In this document: piece after piece, positions 16,096-24,492 of the stretch
Numbering within the stretch: position 1 is the stretch's first letter
How the letters are laid out: each line of letters starts with the position of its first letter
From: Candidatus Saccharimonadota bacterium
Lineage (GTDB): Bacteria; Patescibacteriota; Saccharimonadia; Saccharimonadales; Saccharimonadaceae
DNA length: 32,000 nt
Direction of reading: 5' to 3'
NCBI GenBank assembly: GCA_025349965.1
Contig: CP075337.1
Coordinates: 330,001-362,000, forward strand
Notes under the pieces: model-generated
Database searches by the model: none
Told to the model about the DNA's origin: nothing
What the model saw: only the letters and a program-made list of their open reading frames with translations
Translations under genes and position numbers: made by a program

Positions 16096-19000
16096 ATGGC
16101 AAGTACGAAACGTACAGACAATTCGCGTGTGTTTTTCACCAGTGACGACACCGCGCTTCCACTACCAAACTTAATTCAGCACCAAAAGGATAGCTGGCAG
16201 GAATTCGTTGAAACGGGTCTTGGCGAAATTTTCGCAGAGCTTAACCCAATCGATGATTACACCGGTCAGAAGCTTTCTCTCCGTTTTGGCAAGTATGCGT
16301 TCCAAGAGCCTAAAAACTCTGAGCAGTTTGCTAAAGAGAACAACCTTACCTTTGACGCTCCACTTCATGCAGTTGTTGAGCTCACTAACAAGGTAACCGG
16401 TGAGGTAAAAGAGCAGGAAATCTACCTTGGTGACTACCCGTGGATGACCGACCGCGGTACATTCATTATTAACGGTACAGAGCGTGTAATCGTTTCACAG
16501 CTTATCCGTTCATCTGGTGTATTCTTCACCGCTGACCGTGCTGCAATCCGTAATTTCTACGGTGCAAAGCTTATTCCAGGCCGTGGTGCATGGCTTGAAT
16601 TTGAGACCGCTTCAAACGGTGCTATCTACGTAAAGATCGACCGTCGTCGTAAACTGCCTGTAACGACACTTTTCCGCGCGCTTGGTTACAACAAGACAAG
16701 CGAAATCAAGGAACTCTTCGCTGATGTTGATACTGGTGATGTGAAGTACATGGAAGCAACGCTTGATAAGGACCCGGCTCGTGGTACAAACGAAGCGCTT
16801 ATTGAGGTATATCGCCGCCTTCGCCCAGGTGACCTTGCGACCGTGGACAACGCAAAGCAAATGATTGAGCGCATGTTCTTCGACTTCAAGCGTTTTGACT
16901 ACTCTCGTGTTGGTCGCTACAAGATTAACCAGCGCCTTGGGCTTGATCTTGCAAACACTACAGAAAACCGTGTATTCCAGGTTTCTGATCTTATTGCCAT
17001 CGTTAAGGAAGTAATTCGCCTTAACAACACACAGGAAGCTGCTGACGATATCGATGCGCTTTCAAACCGCCGCGTAAAGCTTTGTGGTGAGCTCGTTGCT
17101 CGTCAGTTCCGCGTTGGTATGCTCCGTATGCAGCGTAATGCTATGGACCGTATGTCAATGTCTGACCTCGAGACAGTAAGTCCTTCACAGCTTATTAACG
17201 CTCGTCCAGTTGTTGCCGCAGTGCGTGAATTCTTCGCAAGCTCACAGCTTTCACAGCTTATGGACGAAACCAACCCACTTTCAGAGCTCGCTCACAAGCG
17301 TCGTCTCTCATCAATGGGTCCTGGTGGTCTTTCTCGTGAACGTGCCGGCTTTGATGTTCGTGACGCTCACCCAACGCATTACGGTCGCCTTTGTGCAGTG
17401 GAAACACCGGAAGGTGCAAACATTGGACTCGTACTTAACCTTGCGGCATATGCACGTGTGAATGAGTACGGTTTCATTGAGACACCATACCTCAAGGTAA
17501 AGAACGGTAAGGTGACTGACGAAGTGGTCTACCTCGATGCTTCACAAGAAGCAACAGAAGTAATTGCCGATGCTGGTGCTGAGCTTAATGAAGATGGTAC
17601 ATTCCGTGACGAACGTGTTTCTGCACGTAATGAGCTTCTCCCAGAGCAAGTTGACGCAGCTGAAATTACATTCATGGATGCTGCACACAAGCAGATTCTT
17701 GGCTCAACCGCATCACTCGTGCCATTCGTTGAAAAGAACCGTGTTGACCGTTCATTGATGGCCTCAAGCATGCAGAAGCAGGCGGTGCCACTTCTTCAGC
17801 CAGAATCACCAATCGTTGGTACTGGTGTTGAAGATGTTATTGCGCGCAATACAAGCCAGCTCGTGCTTGCCGAAGGTGCTGGTGAAGTGATCCGCGCCGA
17901 CGGTGACGCAGTTGAAGTGAAATACAAGGATGGTGTTAAAACCTACGAACCTATGCACTTCATCAAGTCAAACGATGACCGCTCTATCAACCAAAAGGTT
18001 CGCGTGAACCGTGGCGATAAGGTGAAGGAAGGCGATATTCTTATTGAAGGTGCCTCAATTGACAAGGGTGAAATCGCTCTCGGTAAAGACCTTATCGTAG
18101 CCTTCATGCCATGGTCTGGATACAACATGGACGACGCGATCGTACTTTCACGCCGCCTTGTATCAGACGACACACTTACAAGTGTCAACATTAAGGATTA
18201 CACTGTTGAGGTTCGTGAGACTAAGCTTGGTCCGGAAATTGTGACTCGCGACATTCCAAACGTTTCAGAAGAATCACTTCGCCACCTTGACGAGAACGGT
18301 ATCGTTCAACTTGGCTCTGAAGTTAAGGCAGGTGACGTACTCGTTGGTAAGATTACTCCAAAGGGTGAGCAAGAGCTCAGCTCTGAAGAGCGTCTTCTCC
18401 GTGCTATCTTCGGTGAAAAGGCGAAGGATGTGCGTGATACCTCACAGCGTATGAACAACGCTGGTGGCGGTAAGGTTGTTGGCGTTAAGATCTTTAGCCG
18501 TGAAAACGGCCATGAACTTAAGGCTGGTGTCCTTATGCAGATCCAAATCTTCGTTGCACAGCTTCGCAAGATTTCAGTAGGTGACAAGCTTGCTGGACGT
18601 CACGGTAACAAGGGTGTTGTGGCTCGTATTCTTCCTGAAGAAGACATGCCATTCATGGAAGACGGTACTCCGGTAGATGTTGTCCTTAACCCACTCGGTG
18701 TGCCAAGCCGTATGAATATTGGTCAGCTCTTTGAGACTCACCTTGGTATGGCTGCACGTGCCCTTGGGTACAAGGTAGCAACACCACCATTTAACGGAAT
18801 TCCAGATTCAATCATCTCTGATGAGCTTGAAAAGGCTGGATACGCTCGTGATGGTAAGAGTCAGCTCTTCGACGGACGTACTGGTGAGGCCTTCGAGGAA
18901 CGAACGACTGTTGGTGTGATGCACATGCTAAAGCTTCACCACATGGTTTCTGACAAGATCCACGCCCGCTCAACTGGTCCATACACTATGGTTACCCAGC

Positions 19001-19455
19001 AGCCACTCGGTGGTAAGGCGCAAAACGGTGGTCAGCGCTTCGGAGAGATGGAGGTGTGGGCACTTGAAGCATACGGTGCCGCTGCAACACTTCAGGAAAT
19101 GCTTACTATTAAATCCGACGACGTTTACGGACGTGCGAAGGCGTACGAATCAATCATTAAGGACGAGCCAATCGTTGGTCCGAAGCTTCCAGAGTCATTC
19201 AACGTGCTCGTGAAGGAACTTCAGGGTCTTGGACTTCGTGTTGACCTTATGGATCAGAGCGAAGACGAGATTGTTGATGCCGAGCAAATTATTGGAAGCG
19301 TTATCAACGGACAGCCAGTCGCGGCAGATACTGTGGACCTTGGTGATGACGAAGTTGAAACTGTTCTCGACGAAGCTGATAACATCGGTGACGTAGAAGA
19401 CGGAATGAGCATCCAGGATATTGATGAAATTGAAGAAATTAAGGAGGAGGCGTAA
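16096..19455 (+). CDS. rpoB: DNA-directed RNA polymerase subunit beta
   Basis: Full-length collinear match to bacterial beta. The rifampicin region is FFASSQLSQLMDETNPLSELAHKRRLSSMGPGGL. GRHGNKGVV and GGQRFGEMEVWALEAYGAA are present. An acidic C-terminal tail of about 60 aa follows. Confidence 0.98.
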   Translation: MASTKRTDNSRVFFTSDDTALPLPNLIQHQKDSWQEFVETGLGEIFAELNPIDDYTGQKLSLRFGKYAFQEPKNSEQFAKENNLTFDAPLHAVVELTNKVTGEVKEQEIYLGDYPWMTDRGTFIINGTERVIVSQLIRSSGVFFTADRAAIRNFYGAKLIPGRGAWLEFETASNGAIYVKIDRRRKLPVTTLFRALGYNKTSEIKELFADVDTGDVKYMEATLDKDPARGTNEALIEVYRRLRPGDLATVDNAKQMIERMFFDFKRFDYSRVGRYKINQRLGLDLANTTENRVFQVSDLIAIVKEVIRLNNTQEAADDIDALSNRRVKLCGELVARQFRVGMLRMQRNAMDRMSMSDLETVSPSQLINARPVVAAVREFFASSQLSQLMDETNPLSELAHKRRLSSMGPGGLSRERAGFDVRDAHPTHYGRLCAVETPEGANIGLVLNLAAYARVNEYGFIETPYLKVKNGKVTDEVVYLDASQEATEVIADAGAELNEDGTFRDERVSARNELLPEQVDAAEITFMDAAHKQILGSTASLVPFVEKNRVDRSLMASSMQKQAVPLLQPESPIVGTGVEDVIARNTSQLVLAEGAGEVIRADGDAVEVKYKDGVKTYEPMHFIKSNDDRSINQKVRVNRGDKVKEGDILIEGASIDKGEIALGKDLIVAFMPWSGYNMDDAIVLSRRLVSDDTLTSVNIKDYTVEVRETKLGPEIVTRDIPNVSEESLRHLDENGIVQLGSEVKAGDVLVGKITPKGEQELSSEERLLRAIFGEKAKDVRDTSQRMNNAGGGKVVGVKIFSRENGHELKAGVLMQIQIFVAQLRKISVGDKLAGRHGNKGVVARILPEEDMPFMEDGTPVDVVLNPLGVPSRMNIGQLFETHLGMAARALGYKVATPPFNGIPDSIISDELEKAGYARDGKSQLFDGRTGEAFEERTTVGVMHMLKLHHMVSDKIHARSTGPYTMVTQQPLGGKAQNGGQRFGEMEVWALEAYGAAATLQEMLTIKSDDVYGRAKAYESIIKDEPIVGPKLPESFNVLVKELQGLGLRVDLMDQSEDEIVDAEQIIGSVINGQPVAADTVDLGDDEVETVLDEADNIGDVEDGMSIQDIDEIEEIKEEA

Positions 19456-19456
19456 T

Positions 19457-22400
19457 ATGTCACGAGTTGTAGCTAACAACGGTGGAATTACTGACTTTGA
19501 CGCAATCCGCCTCAGTGTCGCTAGTGCAGACGACATTATGAAGTGGAGTCATGGTGAGGTTACTAAACCTGAAACCATTAACTACCGAACTCAGAAGCCT
19601 GAGCGTGACGGTCTTTTCTGTGAGCGAATTTTCGGTCCAGTAAAGGACATTAACCCACACGACTCAAAGCTCAAGGGTGTTCGTTCACGCGAAGCTGCGG
19701 TTGATAAGAATGGTGACCTTGTTACCAAGTCAATCGTACGTCGTGAACGTATGGGACACATTAGCCTTGCTGCGCCAGTTGCGCACATCTGGTTTATGCG
19801 TGGCACTCCAAGCGCAATGTCACTCCTTCTTGGCATGACTGTGCGTAACCTTGAGCGTGTTGCGTACTTTGCAACCTACGTTGTTCTAAAAGCTGATGAA
19901 GAAGCTCGCGACAAGTTCCTAGCTGATCTTGAAGCTGAAACTGAAGCTGGTCGCATGGCAATCAAGATGCGTTACGAGAAGGAAGCAGAAGCTGAAGGTG
20001 CTGATGTAAAGGCACTCGCTGAAGCGCAAACTCGTGAACTTAACGACCTTGACGAATCATACATCCAGAAGAAGACACAACTTGAGAGCCTTACAAAGCA
20101 CTCACTTATGAGCGAAGTTGACTACCGTAATCTTCCAGAAGAATACCAAGATCTTATCGAAGTTGGTATGGGTGGTCTCGCACTTAAGGCGATGCTTGAT
20201 GAAATCAACCTTGATACACTTATTGCAGAACTTTCTGAAGAAGTTGAAGGTGCAAAGGGTCAGCGTGAGAAGAAGCTTCTTAAGCGCCTTAAGGTACTTG
20301 AAGGTATGCAGGCTGCTGGTATTCAGCCAGGGGCACTTGCGCTCACCGTGCTTCCAGTGATTCCTCCGGATCTTCGCCCGATGGTGCAGCTTACTGGTGG
20401 ACGTTTCGCGACATCTGACCTTAACGACCTCTACCGTCGTGTGATTAACCGTAACAACCGCCTTAAGAAGCTTATTGACCTTAACGCGCCGGAAGTAATC
20501 CGTCGTAACGAAATGCGTATGCTCCAAGAAGCTGTTGACGCGCTTATTGATAACTCAGCGGCTCGCGGTGGACGTGCAGTAAATGCAACCGGTGGACGTC
20601 GCCGTCTTAAGTCAATCTCTGACATGCTTAAGGGTAAGCAGGGACGTTTCCGTCAGAACCTTCTTGGTAAGCGTGTAGACTACTCTGGTCGTTCAGTGAT
20701 CGTGGTAGGTCCAAAGCTTAAGATCAACGAATGTGGTCTTCCAAAGCAAATGGCACTTGAGCTCTTCAAGCCATTCGTGATTAGCTGGCTCATCCGTGGC
20801 GAACACGCACACAACATTCGCTCAGCAACTCGTCTTATTGAAGCAGGCGAAGCAGTGGTGTGGGACGCGCTTGATGCAGTGATTGAAGGTAAGTACGTGC
20901 TCCTTAACCGTGCACCGTCACTTCACCGTCTTTCAATCCAAGCTTTCCAGCCGCGCCTCGTTGAGGGTAAGGCAATTCAGCTTCACCCACTCGTAGCGAA
21001 CGGTTTCAACGCCGACTACGACGGTGACCAGATGGCGGTTCACCTTCCGCTTTCACGTCAGGCACAGCAGGAAGCTCGCGAACTCATGAGCGCGACAGCA
21101 AACCTTCTTAAGCCAGCTGATGGTGCGCCAGTGCTTTCAATTGCACAGGACATCGTGCTTGGTAACTACTACCTTACCTATGACAAGCCATCTGCGCAGA
21201 CTGCAGAAACAAAGCCGTTCAGCTCTGTTTACGAAGCAGAAATGGCCTACGACAACGGAGTTATCCAGCTCCAAAGTCCAATCCGTGTATTTGCAAAGGG
21301 TGAAATCCGCAACACAACACTTGGACGTGTCTTCTTTAACGAAATTCTTCCAGAAGAATATCCATACGATGATAACGTACAGAACAAGAAGCAGATTAAG
21401 AAGGTGCTTAATAACATCTTCCTCCAGTACGGTGCTGATGTTACCGCTAAGACTGCTGACCGCATGAAGGGTCTTGCCTTCCGCTTTGCTACCGTTTCTG
21501 CGGTATCAACTGGTAAGGACGACTACATTATCTTTGATGAAACCGATGAATTCATTGCTGAAGGTGACGCGAAGGCTGCACTTATTAGCGAGCAATTCAA
21601 CCAAGGTCTCATTACAGACGAAGAGCGCTATAGCCTTACTGTTGCAAACTGGCGTGGTGTGACTCGTAACCTTGAAACCTTCCTTAAGGATAAGCTCAAG
21701 GATATGGACACCAGTGTTTCTGTGATGGTAAACTCAGGTGCTCGTGGTGATATTTCTAACGTTATGCTTGCGAGCGCCATGATTGGTATCATGGTTGACG
21801 CGACAAACCGTGAAATTGAGCTTCCGATCCGTTCAAGCTACAAGAAGGGTCTTTCAAGCCTTGAACAGTTCGTGGCAACTCGTGGTTCACGTAAGGGTCT
21901 TATTGACACCGCGCTTAAGACTGCCGACTCAGGATACCTTACTCGTCGTCTCGTTGACGTGTCTCAGGACGTGTTCACTGTAGAAGACGCAGAGGGTGAT
22001 GACGACGGATTTGCAATCTACCGCGATGAAACTGAACTCACTATGATCGACTTCGGTAATCGTCTCTACGGACGCTACGCTGCAGAAGATATTGCTGGTC
22101 ACGTCAAGAAGAACGAGCTTATTACTCGTGAAATCGCTGACGAAATCCAGAACGACGCAGATATCACTGAAGTGAAGATCCAGTCAGTTCTTTCAACCAA
22201 GAACCTCCGTGGTGTGCCACGTAAGAGCTACGGTATCGACATGTCGACTAACCAGCTCGTTGATAACGCGCAGCCAGTTGGTGTGATTGCCGCTCAGTCT
22301 GTTGGTGAGCCGGGTACACAGCTTACCCTCCGTACATTCCACTCAGGTGGTGTGCAGGAAAGCGACATTACTCAGGGTCTCCCTCGCGTTGAAGAGCTCT

Positions 22401-23302
22401 TTGAGGCACGCGCACCAAAGGGTCAAGCATACATTACTGAAGTAACTGGTATGGTTGAAGCTTGGGAAGATGGCAAGAAGTACGTTGTACAAGTAACTCC
22501 AGAAGCTGGTCACGTTGAAAAGATCGCTCTTGAAGGCCGCACTGCGACTATCAAGAACGGTGCTGACGTAAAGGCTGGTGATGTACTTGCAAGTGGCGAA
22601 AGCGAAAGCAAGCCAATCATCTCGCCATTTGATGGTGTTGCAGAAGTGACTGCTGACCACGTTGTTGTTGCAGCAAACGCTGGTGCTCCAGTACGCTACG
22701 AAGTTCCTGGTGTGATGCAGCTCCTCGTGAAGAGCGGTGACATTGTTGAAGCCGGTGACCGTCTCACTGGTGGTTCACTCAACCTTCACGACCTCATGCG
22801 CCTCAAGGGTGTGGAGGCAACGCAACGTTACATTATTAACGAAGTGCTCCGCATCTACGCTGCGCAGGGTCAGGACGTTGCCGACAAGCACCTTGAAATC
22901 ATCGTGCGCCAAATGTTCAGCCGTGTTCAGGTTGAAGATCCGGGTGATGGTGACTTCGTAACTGGTGATGTTGTCTCACGTGCTGCTGTAGTTGAAGCAA
23001 ATGAAAAGCTCGCCGCAGAAGGCAAGGAAGAAATCAGCTATACGCAACTTCTTCTCGGTATTACTAAGGTATCTATCTGGTCTGATAGCTGGCTTTCAGC
23101 CGCATCATTCCAGGACACCACCCGTGTGCTCATCAACGCAGCGGTCAGTGGACGTTCAGACAACCTTCACGGACTCAAGGAGAACGTGATTATCGGACGT
23201 AAGATTCCTGTAGGAACCGGTGTTGATAGCGCAACTGCACTTGATACACTTGAGAGCGATATCGCTGACGAAATCGCAGAAGACCTCGAACTTACAGCGT
23301 AA
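19457..23302 (+). CDS. rpoC: DNA-directed RNA polymerase subunit beta-prime
   Basis: ATG 19457 lies 1 nt after the rpoB stop, with the SD AAGGAGGAGG upstream. Motifs include ETINYRTQKPERDGLFCERIFGP, VRRERMGH, the catalytic NADYDGDQMAVH, and the trigger-loop region GVIAAQSVGEPGTQLTLRTFHSGG. All eight Zn-ligand Cys are substituted (see findings). Confidence 0.98.
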   Translation: MSRVVANNGGITDFDAIRLSVASADDIMKWSHGEVTKPETINYRTQKPERDGLFCERIFGPVKDINPHDSKLKGVRSREAAVDKNGDLVTKSIVRRERMGHISLAAPVAHIWFMRGTPSAMSLLLGMTVRNLERVAYFATYVVLKADEEARDKFLADLEAETEAGRMAIKMRYEKEAEAEGADVKALAEAQTRELNDLDESYIQKKTQLESLTKHSLMSEVDYRNLPEEYQDLIEVGMGGLALKAMLDEINLDTLIAELSEEVEGAKGQREKKLLKRLKVLEGMQAAGIQPGALALTVLPVIPPDLRPMVQLTGGRFATSDLNDLYRRVINRNNRLKKLIDLNAPEVIRRNEMRMLQEAVDALIDNSAARGGRAVNATGGRRRLKSISDMLKGKQGRFRQNLLGKRVDYSGRSVIVVGPKLKINECGLPKQMALELFKPFVISWLIRGEHAHNIRSATRLIEAGEAVVWDALDAVIEGKYVLLNRAPSLHRLSIQAFQPRLVEGKAIQLHPLVANGFNADYDGDQMAVHLPLSRQAQQEARELMSATANLLKPADGAPVLSIAQDIVLGNYYLTYDKPSAQTAETKPFSSVYEAEMAYDNGVIQLQSPIRVFAKGEIRNTTLGRVFFNEILPEEYPYDDNVQNKKQIKKVLNNIFLQYGADVTAKTADRMKGLAFRFATVSAVSTGKDDYIIFDETDEFIAEGDAKAALISEQFNQGLITDEERYSLTVANWRGVTRNLETFLKDKLKDMDTSVSVMVNSGARGDISNVMLASAMIGIMVDATNREIELPIRSSYKKGLSSLEQFVATRGSRKGLIDTALKTADSGYLTRRLVDVSQDVFTVEDAEGDDDGFAIYRDETELTMIDFGNRLYGRYAAEDIAGHVKKNELITREIADEIQNDADITEVKIQSVLSTKNLRGVPRKSYGIDMSTNQLVDNAQPVGVIAAQSVGEPGTQLTLRTFHSGGVQESDITQGLPRVEELFEARAPKGQAYITEVTGMVEAWEDGKKYVVQVTPEAGHVEKIALEGRTATIKNGADVKAGDVLASGESESKPIISPFDGVAEVTADHVVVAANAGAPVRYEVPGVMQLLVKSGDIVEAGDRLTGGSLNLHDLMRLKGVEATQRYIINEVLRIYAAQGQDVADKHLEIIVRQMFSRVQVEDPGDGDFVTGDVVSRAAVVEANEKLAAEGKEEISYTQLLLGITKVSIWSDSWLSAASFQDTTRVLINAAVSGRSDNLHGLKENVIIGRKIPVGTGVDSATALDTLESDIADEIAEDLELTA

Positions 23303-23324
23303 TACGCCGAGGCAAAAAATATAG

Positions 23325-23358
23325 TAGCACTCCGAAATAGGGGTGCTATTGTATTTTT
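23325..23358 (+). terminator. Rho-independent terminator after rpoC
   Basis: 9-bp stem tagcactcc (23325-23333) / ggggtgcta (23340-23348, one G-U pair), loop gaaata, then ttgtattttt. Confidence 0.7.
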
Positions 23359-23368
23359 AGCTGTTTTG

Positions 23369-23377
23369 TGGTATAAT
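23369..23377 (+). promoter_or_regulatory. Extended -10 promoter TGgTATAAT for the small-paralog pair
   Basis: tggtataat at 23369-23377, about 50 nt upstream of GTG 23427. Confidence 0.6.
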
Positions 23378-23426
23378 TTAGTAAAGTCCGTACATTTACA
23401 GTTTACTTACCGCCGAAAGGGGAGGC

Positions 23427-23735
23427 GTGGAAGCAGTTACGTCCGAAGAAGAGGTCATGAAGGCTACAGAGGCTTTCAAGGAGCGTGTGCTCGCCCTTGT
23501 GGATGAGCGACGTGTCAACATGATCACGCGTGAAGTAAATCTTTACGCGATCTTGAACGAGCCCGATGACATTCGGTCGCTCGCTAATGCCATTACGGCA
23601 TTCCTGAATTCGATGCGCGAACACACTCGGGGAAACGACATCGTGGCCCAGAGCGATCGTGCACTCTACGAAGAGCTTCGAGGGCATCTCGTGATGCTTC
23701 AGGCTGAGATGAATAATTTCTTGCGCCGGTCTTAG
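23427..23735 (+). CDS. Hypothetical small helical protein (102 aa), paralog of the next gene
   Basis: The SD GAAAGGGGAGG precedes GTG 23427; ATG 23457 is an alternative start. GC is about 52% in a 160-nt hand count. The codon choice (tcg, ctc, gcc, cgg) is unlike the core genes. Confidence 0.55.
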   Translation: MEAVTSEEEVMKATEAFKERVLALVDERRVNMITREVNLYAILNEPDDIRSLANAITAFLNSMREHTRGNDIVAQSDRALYEELRGHLVMLQAEMNNFLRRS

Positions 23736-23761
23736 TCGGTGCTAGTGAAAGGGGTGTAATC

Positions 23762-24109
23762 GTGGTTGAAATGGATGAAGAAACCATGGAGGACGAACTG
23801 GAAGAGCGCAAGGGGAAGATCCTGAAGCTCATTCCGGCAAGCGGCCGCTACTACAAGTACCGAGTCGAAGCCGAAGAGAGCATCGATGGTGCAACCTCGC
23901 TGAAACTGCTCTCGGACGCCATCGACGCCTACCTGAGCGACATTCGACCCAACGATAACTCGAAGGGTGACCATACGTCGCCTGCTCATTCGGAGACGGC
24001 GCCGATTTCGGCGTTCAACATCATTCAGCGAAACCTCCTGAAGGAGAAGTCGGAGATCGACGAACTTCGCAGAGTGGTGGTCATTCGCGAGGATGACGAA
24101 GAGCGGTAA
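23762..24109 (+). CDS. Hypothetical small acidic helical protein (115 aa), paralog of the previous gene
   Basis: The SD GAAAGGGG lies 7 nt before GTG 23762; ATG 23771 is an alternative start. GC is about 57% in a 160-nt hand count. It shares collinear blocks with the upstream gene: (V/I)LxL(V/I), then about 29 aa, then (N/D)AIxA(F/Y)L(N/S)x(M/I)R. Confidence 0.55.
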   Translation: MVEMDEETMEDELEERKGKILKLIPASGRYYKYRVEAEESIDGATSLKLLSDAIDAYLSDIRPNDNSKGDHTSPAHSETAPISAFNIIQRNLLKEKSEIDELRRVVVIREDDEER

Positions 24110-24161
24110 GCGCTAACGGGCTCTGCCCGCTGAAAAGGTTTGAGCAGTAACATGCTCTTAA

Positions 24162-24190
24162 CCGCTTCGGCGGGCCTTTTCATTTTCTAG
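24162..24190 (+). terminator. Weak candidate terminator after the paralog pair
   Basis: ccgc-ttcg-gcgg tetraloop hairpin (24162-24173), then gccttttcattttc. It is preceded by two other short hairpins, cgggc/gcccg at 24117-24129 and gagca/tgctc at 24142-24157. Confidence 0.4.
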
Positions 24191-24194
24191 AATT

Positions 24195-24229
24195 CATACT
24201 TGACATACTTTTCATACTTTCTGTACAAT
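24195..24229 (+). promoter_or_regulatory. Promoter (-35 TTGACA, -10 TACAAT) overlapped by three 9-bp-phased CATACTT repeats
   Basis: CATACTT occurs at 24195-24201, 24204-24210 and 24213-24219. TTGACA is at 24200-24205 and TACAAT at 24224-24229. The ATG of the AbrB-like gene lies 9 nt after the -10 box. Confidence 0.55.
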
Positions 24230-24238
24230 AAGTACGTT

Positions 24239-24472
24239 ATGGAAGATAAAAAACTATTCGGTACAGCAACGGTTGGCGCAAAGGGGCAGGTGGTTATCCC
24301 TGCTGAAGCACGCGAAGCGCTTGATATTAAGCCAGGTGATAAGCTGTATGTTATTGGTTCTCACCACAAGAAGGTGGTTGGGTTTATCAAGGAAGACCAG
24401 TTAGCAGAACTTGTGAGCAAGTTTGTGAATATGGGCGAAACGTTTTCTGAATTTCTCGAAAAACATAAGTAA
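24239..24472 (+). CDS. AbrB/MazE/SpoVT-family DNA-binding protein (77 aa)
   Basis: The swapped-hairpin domain signature is present: FGTATVGAKGQVVIPAEAREALDIKPGDKLYVI. The track start TTG 24200 is actually the -35 box, so ATG 24239 is preferred. Confidence 0.8.
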   Translation: MEDKKLFGTATVGAKGQVVIPAEAREALDIKPGDKLYVIGSHHKKVVGFIKEDQLAELVSKFVNMGETFSEFLEKHK

Positions 24473-24492
24473 ATAGAAAAGGAAAAAACTCT

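Noticed and set aside
19421-19456. Upstream-extended start codons given by the ORF track: rpoC 19421, clpP 14412, pilin 28083, AbrB-like 24200, mini-ORF 15554, hisS 11747, yajQ 29197.
   Set aside because: Each extension overlaps the preceding gene, a terminator hairpin or the -35/-10 boxes themselves. Internal ATGs give N-termini that match the family consensus, for example MSRVV... for RpoC and MKIFSRNGFTIIE for the pilin.
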